Assembly (NCBI GenBank): GCA_964057225.1
Contig: OZ059896.1
Location: 6,324,001 to 6,388,000 of the forward strand
Reading direction: 5' to 3'
Origin: Auanema rhodensis
Taxonomy: Eukaryota; Animalia; Nematoda
DNA: 64,000 bases
The position numbers and the translations under genes are program-made. Under the pieces are notes generated by a model that did no database searches, was not told the origin of the DNA, and saw only the letters and a program-made list of their open reading frames with translations. This document shows positions 50,501 to 64,000 of the stretch, piece after piece. Every line of letters begins with the position of its first letter. Positions within the stretch are counted from its first letter, which is position 1.

Positions 50501-53500
50501 GGAGTAAATAGCAGATTCACCGGGCACAACGTGCCTACAGCCTGAACTTTTTTGTGAACAAATCTTGTGGATGGGGCCGATATAAACCTTTTTTTCGGAA
50601 AAAGGAGAATTCCTAGCCAAATTTGACTCGGAAATTCCGATTCTACACATCTGAATACCCAACCTCGGGGTGTTTTTGTTTTATTTTAGTTGATGATCTT
50701 GGAGTAAATAGCAGATTCACCGGGCACAACGTGCCTACAGCCTGAACTTTTTTGTGAACAAATCTTCTGAATTGGGTCGATATAAACCTTTTTTTCGGAA
50801 AAAAGAGAATTCCTAGCCAAATCTGACTCGGAAATTCCGATTCTACACATCTGAATACCCAATCTCGGGGTGTTTTTGTTTTATTTTAGTTGATGATCTT
50901 GGAGTAAATAGCAGATTCACCGGGCACAACGTGCCTACAACCTGAACTTTTTCGTGAACAAATCTTCTGAATTGGGTCGATATAAACCTTTTTTTCGGAA
51001 AAAGGAGAATTCCTAGCCAAATCTGACTCGGAAATTCCGATTCTACACATCTGAATACCCAATCTCGGGGTGTTTTTGTTTTATTTTAGTTGATGATCTT
51101 GGAGTAAATAGCAGATTCACCGGGCACAACGTGCCTACAGCCTGAACTTTTTTGTGAACAAATCTTGTGGATGGGGCCGATATAAACCTTTTTTTCGGAA
51201 AAAGGAGAATTCCTAGCCAAATTTGACTCGGAAATTCCGATTCTACACATCTGAATACCCAACCTCGGGGTGTTTTTGTTTTATTTTAGTTGATGATCTT
51301 GGAGTAAATAGCAGATTCACCGGGCACAACGTGCCTACAGCCGGAACTTTTTTGTGAACAAATCTTGTGGATGGGGCCGATATAAACCTTTTTTTCGGAA
51401 AAAGGAGAATTCCTAGCCAAATTTGACTCGGAAATTCCGATTCTACACATCTGAATACCCAATCTCGGGGTGTTTTTGTTTTATTTTAGTTGATGATCTT
51501 GGAGTAAATAGCAGATTCACCGGGCACAACGTGCCTACAGCCTGAACTTTTTTGTGAACAAATCTTCTGAATTGGGTCGATATAAACCTTTTTTTCGGAA
51601 AAAGGAGAATTCCTAGCCAAATCTGACTCGGAAATTCCGATTCTACACATCTGAATACCCAATCTCGGGGTGTTTTTGTTTTATTTTAGTTGATGATCTT
51701 GGAGTAAATAGCAGATTCACCGGGCACAACGTGCCTACAGCCTGAACTTTTTTGTGAACAAATCTTGTGGATGGGGCCGATATAAACCTTTTTTTCGGAA
51801 AAAGGAGAATTCCTAGCCAAATTTGACTCGGAAATTCCGATTCTACACATCTGAATACCCAATCTCGGGGTGTTTTTGTTTTATTTTAGTTGATGATCTT
51901 GGAGTAAATAGCAGATTCACCGGGCACAACGTGCCTACAGCCTGAACTTTTTTGTGAACAAATCTTGTGGATGGGGCCGATATAAACCTTTTTTTCGGAA
52001 AAAGGAGAATTCCTAGCCAAATTTGACTCGGAAATTCCGATTCTACACATCTGAATACCCAATCTCGGGGTGTTTTTGTTTTATTTTAGTTGATGATCTT
52101 GGAGTAAATAGCAGATTCACCGGGCACAACGTGCCTACAGCCTGAACTTTTTTGTGAACAAATCTTCTGAATTGGGTCGATATAAACCTTTTTTTCGGAA
52201 AAAAGAGAATTCCTAGCCAAATCTGACTCGGAAATTCCGATTCTACACATCTGAATACCCAATCTCGGGGTGTTTTTGTTTTATTTTAGTTGATGATCTT
52301 GGAGTAAATAGCAGATTCACCGGGCACAACGTGCCTACAGCCTGAACTTTTTTGTGAACAAATCTTGTGGATGGGGCCGATATAAACCTTTTTTTCGGAA
52401 AAAGGAGAATTCCTAGCCAAATTTGACTTGGAAATTCCGATTCTACACATCTGAATACCCAACCTCGGGGTGTTTTTGTTTTATTTTAGTTGATGATCTT
52501 GGAGTAAATAGCAGATTCACCGGGCACAACGTGCCTATAGCCTGAACTTTTTTGTGAACAAATCTTGTGGATGGGGCCGATATAAACCTTTTTTTCGGAA
52601 AAAGGAGAATTCCTAGCCAAATTTGACTCGGAAATTCCGATTCTACACATCTGAATACCCAATCTCGGGGTGTTTTTGTTTTATTTTAGTTGATGATCTT
52701 GGAGTAAATAGCAGATTCACCGGGCACAACGTGCCTACAGCCTGAACTTTTTTGTGAACAAATCTTCTGAATTGGGTCGATATAAACCTTTTTTTCGGAA
52801 AAAAGAGAATTCCTAGCCAAATCTGACTCGGAAATTCCGATTCTACACATCTGAATACCCAATCTCGGGGTGTTTTTGTTTTATTTTAGTTGATGATCTT
52901 GGAGTAAATAGCAGATTCACCGGGCACAACGTGCCTACAACCTGAACTTTTTTGTGAACAAATCTTCTGAATTGGGTCGATATAAACCTTTTTTTCGGAA
53001 AAAGGAGAATTCCTAGCCAAATCTGACTCGGAAATTCCGATTCTACACATCTGAATACCCAATCTCGGGGTGTTTTTGTTTTATTTTAGTTGATGATCTT
53101 GGAGTAAATAGCAGATTCACCGGGCACAACGTGCCTACAGCCTGAACTTTTTTGTGAACAAATCTTGTGGATGGGGCCGATATAAACCTTTTTTTCGGAA
53201 AAAGGAGAATTCCTAGCCAAATTTGACTCGGAAATTCCGATTCTACACATCTGAATACCCAACCTCGGGGTGTTTTTGTTTTATTTTAGTTGATGATCTT
53301 GGAGTAAATAGCAGATTCACCGGGCACAACGTGCCTACAGCCTGAACTTTTTTGTGAACAAATCTTCTGAATTGGGTCGATATAAACCTTTTTTTCGGAA
53401 AAAAGAGAATTCCTAGCCAAATCTGACTCGGAAATTCCGATTCTACACATCTGAATACCCAATCTCGGGGTGTTTTTGTTTTATTTTAGTTGATGATCTT

Positions 53501-56500
53501 GGAGTAAATAGCAGATTCACCGGGCACAACGTGCCTACAACCTGAACTTTTTTGTGAACAAATCTTCTGAATTGGGTCGATATAAACCTTTTTTTCGGAA
53601 AAAGGAGAATTCCTAGCCAAATCTGACTCGGAAATTCCGATTCTACACATCTGAATACCCAATCTCGGGGTGTTTTTGTTTTATTTTAGTTGATGATCTT
53701 GGAGTAAATAGCAGATTCACCGGGCACAACGTGCCTACAGCCTGAACTTTTTTGTGAACAAATCTTCTGAATTGGGTCGATATAAACCTTTTTTTCGGAA
53801 AAAAGAGAATTCCTAGCCAAATTTGACTCGGAAATTCCGATTCTACACATCTGAATACCCAATCTCGGGGTGTTTTTGTTTTATTTTAGTTGATGATCTT
53901 GGAGTAAATAGCAGATTCACCGGGCACAACGTGCCTACAGCCTGAACTTTTTTGTGAACAAATCTTGTGGATGGGGCCGATATAAACCTTTTTTTCGGAA
54001 AAAGGAGAATTCCTAGCCAAATTTGACTCGGAAATTCCGATTCTACACATCTGAATACCCAATCTCGGGGTGTTTTTGTTTTATTTTAGTTGATGATCTT
54101 GGAGTAAATAGCAGATTCACCGGGCACAACGTGCCTACAGCCTGAACTTTTTTGTGAACAAATCTTCTGAATTGGGTCGATATAAACCTTTTTTTCGGAA
54201 AAAAGAGAATTCCTAGCCAAATCTGACTCGGAAATTCCGATTCTACACATCTGAATACCCAATCTCGGGGTGTTTTTGTTTTATTTTAGTTGATGATCTT
54301 GGAGTAAATAGCAGATTCACCGGGCACAACGTGCCTACAGCCTGAACTTTTTTGTGAACAAATCTTCTGAATTGGGTCGATATAAACCTTTTTTTCGGAA
54401 AAAGGAGAATTCCTAGCCAAATCTGACTCGGAAATTCCGATTCTACACATCTGAATACCCAATCTCGGGGTGTTTTTGTTTTATTTTAGTTGATGATCTT
54501 GGAGTAAATAGCAGATTCACCGGGCACAACGTGCCTACAGCCTGAACTTTTTTGTGAACAAATCTTGTGGATGGGGCCGATATAAACCTTTTTTTCGGAA
54601 AAAGGAGAATTCCTAGCCAAATTTGACTCGGAAATTCCGATTCTACACATCTGAATACCCAATCTCGGGGTGTTTTTGTTTTATTTTAGTTGATGATCTT
54701 GGAGTAAATAGCAGATTCACCGGGCACAACGTGCCTACAGCCTGAACTTTTTTGTGAACAAATCTTCTGAATTGGGTCGATATAAACCTTTTTTTCGGAA
54801 AAAAGAGAATTCCTAGCCAAATCTGACTCGGAAATTCCGATTCTACACATCTGAATACCCAATCTCGGGGTGTTTTTGTTTTATTTTAGTTGATGATCTT
54901 GGAGTAAATAGCAGATTCACCGGGCACAACGTGCCTACAGCCTGAACTTTTTTGTGAACAAATCTTCTGAATTGGGTCGATATAAACCTTTTTTTCGGAA
55001 AAAGGAGAATTCCTAGCCAAATCTGACTCGGAAATTCCGATTCTACACATCTGAATACCCAATCTCGGGGTGTTTTTGTTTTATTTTAGTTGATGATCTT
55101 GGAGTAAATAGCAGATTCACCGGGCACAACGTGCCTACAGCCTGAACTTTTTTGTGAACAAATCTTGTGGATGGGGCCGATATAAACCTTTTTTTCGGAA
55201 AAAGGAGAATTCCTAGCCAAATTTGACTCGGAAATTCCGATTCTACACATCTGAATACCCAACCTCGGGGTGTTTTTGTTTTATTTTAGTTGATGATCTT
55301 GGAGTAAATAGCAGATTCACCGGGCACAACGTGCCTACAGCCTGAACTTTTTTGTGAACAAATCTTGTGGATGGGGCCGATATAAACCTTTTTTTCGGAA
55401 AAAGGAGAATTCCTAGCCAAATTTGACTCGGAAATTCCGATTCTACACATCTGAATACCCAATCTCGGGGTGTTTTTGTTTTATTTTAGTTGATGATCTT
55501 GGAGTAAATAGCAGATTCACCGGGCACAACGTGCCTACAGCCTGAACTTTTTTGTGAACAAATCTTCTGAATTGGGTCGATATAAACCTTTTTTTCGGAA
55601 AAAAGAGAATTCCTAGCCAAATCTGACTCGGAAATTCCGATTCTACACATCTGAATACCCAATCTCGGGGTGTTTTTGTTTTATTTTAGTTGATGATCTT
55701 GGAGTAAATAGCAGATTCACCGGGCACAACGTGCCTACAGCCTGAACTTTTTTGTGAACAAATCTTCTGAATTGGGTCGATATAAACCTTTTTTTCGGAA
55801 AAAGGAGAATTCCTAGCCAAATCTGACTCGGAAATTCCGATTCTACACATCTGAATACCCAACCTCGGGGTGTTTTTGTTTTATTTTAGTTGATGATCTT
55901 GGAGTAAATATCAGATTCACCGGGCACAACGTGCCTACAGCCTGAACTTTTTTGTGAACAAATCTTGTGGATGGGGCCGATATAAACCTTTTTTTCGGAA
56001 AAAGGAGAATTCCTAGTCAAATCTGACTTGGAAATTCCGATTCTACACATCTGAATACTCAACCTCGAGGTGTTTTTGTTTTATTTTAGTTGATGATCTT
56101 GGAGTAAATATCAGATTCACCGGGCACAACGTGCCTACAGCCTGAACTTTTTTGTGAACAAATCTTGTGGATGGGGCCGATATAAACCTTTTTTTCAGAA
56201 AAAGGAGAATTCCTAGTCAAATCTGACTTGGAAATTCCGATTCTACACATCTGAATACTCAACCTCGAGGTGTTTTTGTTTTATTTTAGTTGATGATCTT
56301 GGAGTAAATCGGACATTCACCGGGCACAACGTGCCTACAGCCTGAACTTTTTTGTGAACAAATCTTCTGAATTGGGTCGATATAAACCTTTTTTTCGGAA
56401 AAAAGAGAATTCCTAGCCAAATCTGACTCGGAAATTCCGATTCTACACATCTGAATACCCAATCTCGGGGTGTTTTTGTTTTATTTTAGTTGATGATCTT

Positions 56501-59500
56501 GGAGTAAATCGGACATTCACCGGGCACAACGTGCCTACAGCCTGAACTTTTTTGTGAACAAATCTTGTGGATGGGGCCGATATAAACCTTTTTTTCAGAG
56601 AAAGGAGAATTCCTAGTCAAATCTGACTTGGAAATTCCGATTCTACACATCTGAATACTCAACCTCGGGGTGTTTTTGTTTTATTTTAGTTGATGATCTT
56701 GGAGTAAATATCAGATTCACCGGGCACAACGTGCCTACAGCCTGAACTTTTTTGTGAACAAATCTTGTGGATGGGGCCGATATAAACCTTTTTTTCGGAA
56801 AAAGGAGAATTCCTAGTCAAATCTGACTTGGAAATTCCGATTCTACACATCTGAATACCCAACCTCGGGGTGTTTTTGTTTTATTTTAGTTGATGATCTT
56901 GGAGTAAATATCAGATTCACCGGGCACAACGTGCCTACAGCCTGAACTTTTTTGTGAACAAATGTTGTGGATGGGGCCGATATAAACCTTCTTTTCCGAA
57001 AAAGGAGAATTCCTAGTCAAATCTGACTTGGAAATTCCGATTCTACACATCTGAATACTCAACCTCGAGGTGTTTTTGTTTTATTTTAGTTGATGATCTT
57101 GGAGTAAATAGCAGATTCACCGGGCACAACGTTCCTACAGCCTGAACTTTTTTGTGAACAAATCTTCTGAATTGGGTCGATATAAACCTTCTTTTCCGAA
57201 AAAGGAGAATTCCTAGCCAAATCTGACTCGGAAATTCCGATTCTACACATCTGAATACCCAACCTCGGGGTGTTTTTGTTTTATTTTAGTTGATGATCTT
57301 GGAGTAAATATCAGATTCACCGGGCACAACGTGCCTACAGCCTGAACTTTTTTGTGAACAAATCTTGTAGATGGGGCCGATATAAACCTTTTTTTCGGAA
57401 AAAGGAGAATTCCTAGCCAAATCTGACTCGGAAATTCCGATTCTACACATCTGAATACCCAACCTCGGGGTGTTTTTGTTTTATTTTAGTTGATGATCTT
57501 GGAGTAAATATCAGATTCACCGGGCACAACGTGCCTACAGCCTGAACTTTTTTGTGAACAAATCTTGTAGATGGGGCCGATATAAACCTTTTTTTCGGAA
57601 AAAGGAGAATTCCTAGCCAAATCTGACTCGGAAATTCCGATTCTACACATCTGAATACCCAATCTCGGGGTGTTTTTGTTTTATTTTAGTTGATGATCTT
57701 GGAGTAAATATCAGATTCACCGGGCACAACGTGCCTACAGCCTGAACTTTTTTGTGAACAAATCTTGTGGATGGGGCCGATATAAACCTTTTTTTCGGAA
57801 AAAGGAGAATTCCTAGTCAAATCTGACTTGGAAATTCCGATTCTACACATCTGAATACTCAACCTCGAGGTGTTTTTGTTTTATTTTAGTTGATGATCTT
57901 GGAGTAAATATCAGATTCACCGGGCACAACGTGCCTACAGCCTGAACTTTTTTGTGAACAAATCTTGTGGATGGGGCCGATATAAACCTTTTTTTCAGAA
58001 AAAGGAGAATTCCTAGTCAAATCTGACTTGGAAATTCCGATTCTACACATCTGAATACTCAACCTCGGGGTGTTTTTGTTTTATTTTAGTTGATGATCTT
58101 GGAGTAAATATCAGATTCACCGGGCACAACGTGCCTACAGCCTGAACTTTTTTGTGAACAAATCTTGTGGATGGGGCCGATATAAACCTTTTTTTCAGAA
58201 AAAGGAGAATTCCTAGTCAAATCTGACTTGGAAATTCCGATTCTACACATCTGAATACTCAACCTCGAGGTGTTTTTGTTTTATTTTAGTTGATGATCTT
58301 GGAGTAAATAGCAGATTCACCGGGCACAACGTGCCTACAGCCTGAACTTTTTTGTGAACAAATCTTCTGAATTGGGTCGATATAAACCTTCTTTTCCGAA
58401 AAAGGAGAATTCCTAGCCAAATCTGACTCGGAAATTCCGATTCTACACATCTGAATACCCAACCTCGGGGTGTTTTTGTTTTATTTTAGTTGATGATCTT
58501 GGAGTAAATAGCAGATTCACCGGGCACAACGTGCCTACAGCCTGAACTTTTTTGTGAACAAATCTTCTGAATTGGGTCGATATAAACCTTCTTTTCCGAA
58601 AAAGGAGAATTCCTAGCCAAATCTGACTCGGAAATTCCGATTCTACACATCTGAATACTCAACCTCGAGGTGTTTTTGTTTTATTTTAGTTGATGATCTT
58701 GGAGTAAATAGCAGATTCACCGGGCACAACGTGCCTACAGCCTGAACTTTTTTGTGAACAAATCTTGTAGATGGGGCCGATATAAACCTTTTTTTCGGAA
58801 AAAGGAGAATTCCTAGCCAAATCTGACTCGGAAATTCCGATTCTACACATCTGAATACCCAACCTCGGGGTGTTTTTGTTTTATTTTAGTTGATGATCTT
58901 GGAGTAAATAGCAGATTCACCGGGCACAACGTGCCTACAGCCTGAACTTTTTTGTGAACAAATCTTGTAGATGGGGCCGATATAAACCTTTTTTTCGGAA
59001 AAAGGAGAATTCCTAGCCAAATCTGACTCGGAAATTCCGATTCTACACATCTGAATACCCAACCTCGGGGTGTTTTTGTTTTATTTTAGTTGATGATCTT
59101 GGAGTAAATAGCAGATTCACCGGGCACAACGTGCCTACAGCCTGAACTTTTTTGTGAACAAATCTTGTGGATGGGGCCGATATAAACCTTTTTTTCGGAA
59201 AAAGGAGAATTCCTAGCCAAATTTGACTCGGAAATTCCGATTCTACACATCTGAATACCCAATCTCGGGGTGTTTTTGTTTTATTTTAGTTGATGATCTT
59301 GGAGTAAATCGGACATTCACCGGGCACAACGTGCCTACAGCCTGAACTTTTTTATGAACAAATCTTGTGGATGGGGCCGATATAAACCTTTTTTTCGGAA
59401 AAAGGAGAATTCCTAGCCAAATCTGACTCGGAAAATCCGATTCTACACATCTGAATACCCAACCTCGGGATGTTTTTGTTTTATTTTAGTTGATGATCTT

Positions 59501-62500
59501 GGAGTAAATCGGACATTCACCGGGCACAACGTGCCTACAGCCTGAACTTTTTTGTGAACAAATCTTGTGGATGGGGTCGATATAAACCTTTTTTTCAGAA
59601 AAAGGAGAATTCCTAGTCAAATCTGACTTGGAAATTACAATTCTACACATCTGAATACCCAACCTCGGGATGTTTTTGTTTTATTTTAGTTGATGATCTT
59701 GGAGTAAATCGGACATTCACCGGGCACAACGTGCCTACAGCCTGAACTTTTTTGTGAACAAATCTTGTGGATGGGGCCGATATAAACCTTTTTTTCGGAA
59801 ACAGGAGAATTCCTAGTCAAATCTGACTTGGAAATTCCGATTCTACACATCTGAATACCCAACCTCGAGATGTTTTTGTTTTATTTTAGTTGATGATCTT
59901 GGAGTAAATAGCAGATTCACCGGGCACAACGTGCCTACAGCCTGAACTTTTTTGTGAACAAATCTTGTGAATTGGGTCGATATAAACCTTTTTTTCGGAA
60001 ACAGGAGAATTCCTAGTCAAATCTGACTTGGAAATTCCGATTCTGCACATCTGAATACCCAACCTCGAGATGTTTTTGTTTTATTTTAGTTGATGATCTT
60101 GGAGTAAATAGCAGATTCACCGGGCACAACGTGCCTACAGCCTGAACTTTTTTATGAACAAATCTTGTGGATGGGGCCGATATAAACCTTTTTTTCGGAA
60201 AAAGGAGAATTCCTAGTCAAATCTGACTTGGAAATTCCGATTCTACACATCTGAATACTCAACCTCGAGGTGTTTTTGTTTTATTTTAGTTGATGATCTT
60301 GGAGTAAATAGCAGATTCACCGGGCACAATGTGCCTACAGCCTGAACTTTTTTGTGAACAAATCTTCTGAATTGGGTCGATATAAACCTTTTTTTCCGAA
60401 AAAGGAGAATTCCTAGCCAAATCTGACTCGGAAATTCCGATTCTACACATCTGAATACCCAATCTCGGGGTGTTTTTGTTTTATTTTAGTTGATGATCTT
60501 GGAGTAAATCGGACATTCACCGGGCACAACGTGCCTACAGCCTGAACTTTTTTGTGAACAAATCTTCTGAATTGGGTCGATATAAACCTTTTTTTCCGAA
60601 AAAGGAGAATTCCTAGCCAAATCTGACTCGGAAATTCCGATTCTACACATCTGAATACCCAATCTCGGGGTGTTTTTGTTTTATTTTAGTTGATGATCTT
60701 GGAGTAAATCGGACATTCACCGGGCACAACGTGCCTACAGCCTGAACTTTTTTGTGAACAAATCTTGTGGATGGGGTCGATATAAACCTTTTTTTTCGGA
60801 AAAAGGAGAATTCCTAGCCAAATCTGACTTGGAAATTCCAATTCTACACATCTGAATACCCAACCTCGGGGTGTTTTTGTTTTATTTTAGTTGATGATCT
60901 TGGAGTAAATAGCAGATTCACCGGGCACAACGTGCCTACAGCCTGAACTTTTTTGTGAACAAATCTTGTGGATGGGGCCGATATAAACCTTTTTTTCAGA
61001 AAAAGGAGAATTCCTAGCCAAATCTGACTTGGAAATTCCAATTCTACACATCTGAATACCCAACCTCGGGGTGTTTTTGTTTTATTTTAGTTGATGATCT
61101 TGGAGTAAATATCAGATTCACCGGGCACAACGTGCCTACAGCCTGAACTTTTTTGTGAACAAATCTTGTGAATTGGGTCGATATAAACCTTTTTTTCGGA
61201 AAAAGGAGAATTCCTAGTCAAATCTGACTTGAAAATTCCGATTCTACACATCTGAATACCCAACCTCGAGGTGTTTTTGTTTTATTTTAGTTGATGATCT
61301 TGGAGTAAATCGGACATTCACCGGGCACAACGTGCCTACAGCCTGAACTTTTTTGTGAACAAATCTTGTGGATGGGGTCGATATAAACCTTTTTTTTCGG
61401 AAAAAGGAGAATTCCTAGCCAAATCTGACTTGGAAATTCCAATTCTACACATCTGAATACCCAACCTCGGGGTGTTTTTGTTTTATTTTAGTTGATGATC
61501 TTGGAGTAAATAGCAGATTCACCGGGCACAACGTGCCTACAGCCTGAACTTTTTTGTGAACAAATCTTGTGAATTGGGTCGATATAAACCTTTTTTTTCG
61601 GAAAAAGGAGAATTCCTAGCCAAATCTGACTTGGAAATTCCAATTCTACACATCTGAATACCCAACCTCGGGGTGTTTTTGTTTTATTTTAGTTGATGAT
61701 CTTGGAGTAAATATCAGATTCACCGGGCACAACGTGCCTACAGCCTGAACTTTTTTGTGAACAAATCTTGTGAATTGGGTCGATATAAACCTTTTTTTCG
61801 GAAAAAGGAGAATTCCTAGTCAAATCTGACTTGAAAATTCCGATTCTACACATCTGAATACCCAACCTCGAGGTGTTTTTGTTTTATTTTAGTTGATGAT
61901 CTTGGAGTAAATAGCAGATTCACCGGGCACAACGTGCCTACAGCCTGAACTTTTTTGTGAACAAATCTTGTGAATTGGGTCGATATAAACCTTTTTTTTC
62001 GGAAAAAGGAGAATTCCTAGTCAAATCTGACTTGAAAATTCCGATTCTACACATCTGAATACCCAACCTCGAGGTGTTTTTGTTTTATTTTAGTTGATGA
62101 TCTTGGAGTAAATAGCAGATTCACCGGGCACAACGTGCCTACAGCCTGAACTTTTTTGTGAACAAATCTTGTGAATTGGGTCGATATAAACCTTTTTTTC
62201 AGAGAAAGGAGAATTCCTAGTCAAATCTTACTTGGAAATTCCGATTCTACACATCTGAATACCCAACCTCGAGGTGTTTTTGTTTTATTTTAGTTGATGA
62301 TCTTGGAGTAAATAGCAGATTCACCGGGCACAACGTGCCTACAGCCTGAACTTTTTTGTGAACAAATCTTGTGAATTGGGTCGATATAAACCTTTTTTTT
62401 CGGAAAAAGGAGAATTCCTAGCCAAATCTGACTTGGAAATTCCAATTCTACACATCTGAATACCCAACCTCGGGGTGTTTTTGTTTTATTTTAGTTGATG

Positions 62501-64000
62501 ATCTTGGAGTAAATAGCAGATTCACCGGGCACAACGTGCCTACAGCCTGAACTTTTTTGTGAACAAATCTTGTGAATTGGGTCGATATAAACCTTTTTTT
62601 CAGAGAAAGGAGAATTCCTAGTCAAATCTTACTTGGAAATTCCGATTCTACACATCTGAATACCCAACCTCGAGGTGTTTTTGTTTTATTTTAGTTGATG
62701 ATCTTGGAGTAAATAGCAGATTCACCGGGCACAACGTGCCTACAGCCTGAACTTTTTTGTGAACAAATCTTGTGAATTGGGTCGATATAAACCTTTTTTT
62801 TCGGAAAAAGGAGAATTCCTAGCCAAATCTGACTTGGAAATTCCAATTCTACACATCTGAATACCCAACCTCGGGGTGTTTTTGTTTTATTTTAGTTGAT
62901 GATCTTGGAGTAAATAGCAGATTCACCGGGCACAACGTGCCTACAGCCTGAACTTTTTTGTGAACAAATCTTGTGAATTGGGTCGATATAAACCTTTTTT
63001 TTCGGAAAAAGGAGAATTCCTAGCCAAATCTGACTTGGAAATTCCAATTCTACACATCTGAATACCCAACCTCGGGGTGTTTTTGTTTTATTTTAGTTGA
63101 TGATCTTGGAGTAAATAGCAGATTCACCGGGCACAACGTGCCTACAGCCTGAACTTTTTTGTGAACAAATCTTGTGGATGGGGCCGATATAAACCTTTTT
63201 TTCGGAAAAAGGAGAATTCCTAGCCAAATCTGACTCGGAAATTCCGATTCTACACATCTGAATACCCAACCTCGGGGTGTTTTTGTTTTATTTTAGTTGA
63301 TGATCTTGGAGTAAATAGCAGATTCACCGGGCACAACGTGCCTACAGCCTGAACTTTTTTGTGAACAAATCTTGTGGATGGGGCCGATATAAACCTTTTT
63401 TTCGGAAAAAGGAGAATTCCTAGCCAAATCTGACTCGGAAATTCCGATTCTACACATCTGAATACCCAACCTCGGGGTGTTTTTGTTTTATTTTAGTTGA
63501 TGATCTTGGAGTAAATAGCAGATTCACCGGGCACAACGTGCCTACAGCCTGAACTTTTTTGTGAACAAATCTTGTGGATGGGGCCGATATAAACCTTTTT
63601 TTCGGAAAAAGGAGAATTCCTAGCCAAATCTGACTTGGAAATTCCAATTCTACACATCTGAATACCCAACCTCGAGGTGTTTTTGTTTTATTTTAGTTGA
63701 TGATCTTGGAGTAAATAGCAGATTCACCGGGCACAACGTGCCTACAGCCTGAACTTTTTTGTGAACAAATCTTGTGAATTGGGTCGATATAAACCTTTTT
63801 TTCGGAAACAGGAGAATTCCTAGTCAAATCTGACTTGGAAATTCCGATTCTACACATCTGAATACCCAACCTCGAGGTGTTTTTGTTTTATTTTAGTTGA
63901 TGATCTTGGAGTAAATAGCAGATTCACCGGGCACAACGTGCCTACAGCCTGAACTTTTTTATGAACAAATCTTGTGGATGGGGCCGATATAAACCTTTTT
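38514..64000. repeat. 200-bp satellite DNA array, ~127 copies, running off the window end
   Basis: 200-bp periodicity (e.g. GGCACAACGTGCCTACAGCCTGAAC), with a few recurrent variant sites and rare 1-bp indels. The first monomer is degenerate. Confidence 0.99.

Noticed and set aside
38641-63647. 60-139 aa minus-strand ORFs in the 200-bp satellite
   Set aside because: They appear only where a point variant removes a stop, and the monomer length is not a multiple of 3.

Overview
AT-rich nematode (probably rhabditid) genomic DNA with 43-55 nt introns and TTTCAG-type acceptors, in three zones. (1) 1-26.9 kb is gene-dense. It holds the PDZ-ZM-LIM gene alp-1 (+), which carries two antisense nested genes the ORF track shows only in fragments or not at all: a secreted helical/acidic protein and a 72-aa neuropeptide-like precursor ending RRIRYYRTGGTILLG*. 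A small multipass membrane protein, a Nup43-like WD40 gene, a nematode-type nuclear hormone receptor and a cuticle collagen follow, all on the minus strand. (2) 27.1-38.5 kb is an ~11 kb mirror-symmetric cassette: [~19-bp repeat]-[139/144-bp array]-[632-bp arm]-[378-bp spacer]-[inverted arm, no mismatch seen]-[inverted array]-[inverted ~19-bp repeat]. Each arm has an outward-facing TATA+Inr. Read outward, every 139/144-bp monomer is a 46-nt GT-AG intron plus a 93/98-nt exon. The cassette therefore looks like two divergent, many-exon, repeat-built lncRNA genes. (3) 38.5-64 kb is a 200-bp satellite (~127 copies) rich in dyad symmetries, with higher-order structure. The cassette's position at the gene/satellite border suggests, by inference only, a boundary or programmed-DNA-elimination-associated element. 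All gene models were spliced by eye; no database search was run.
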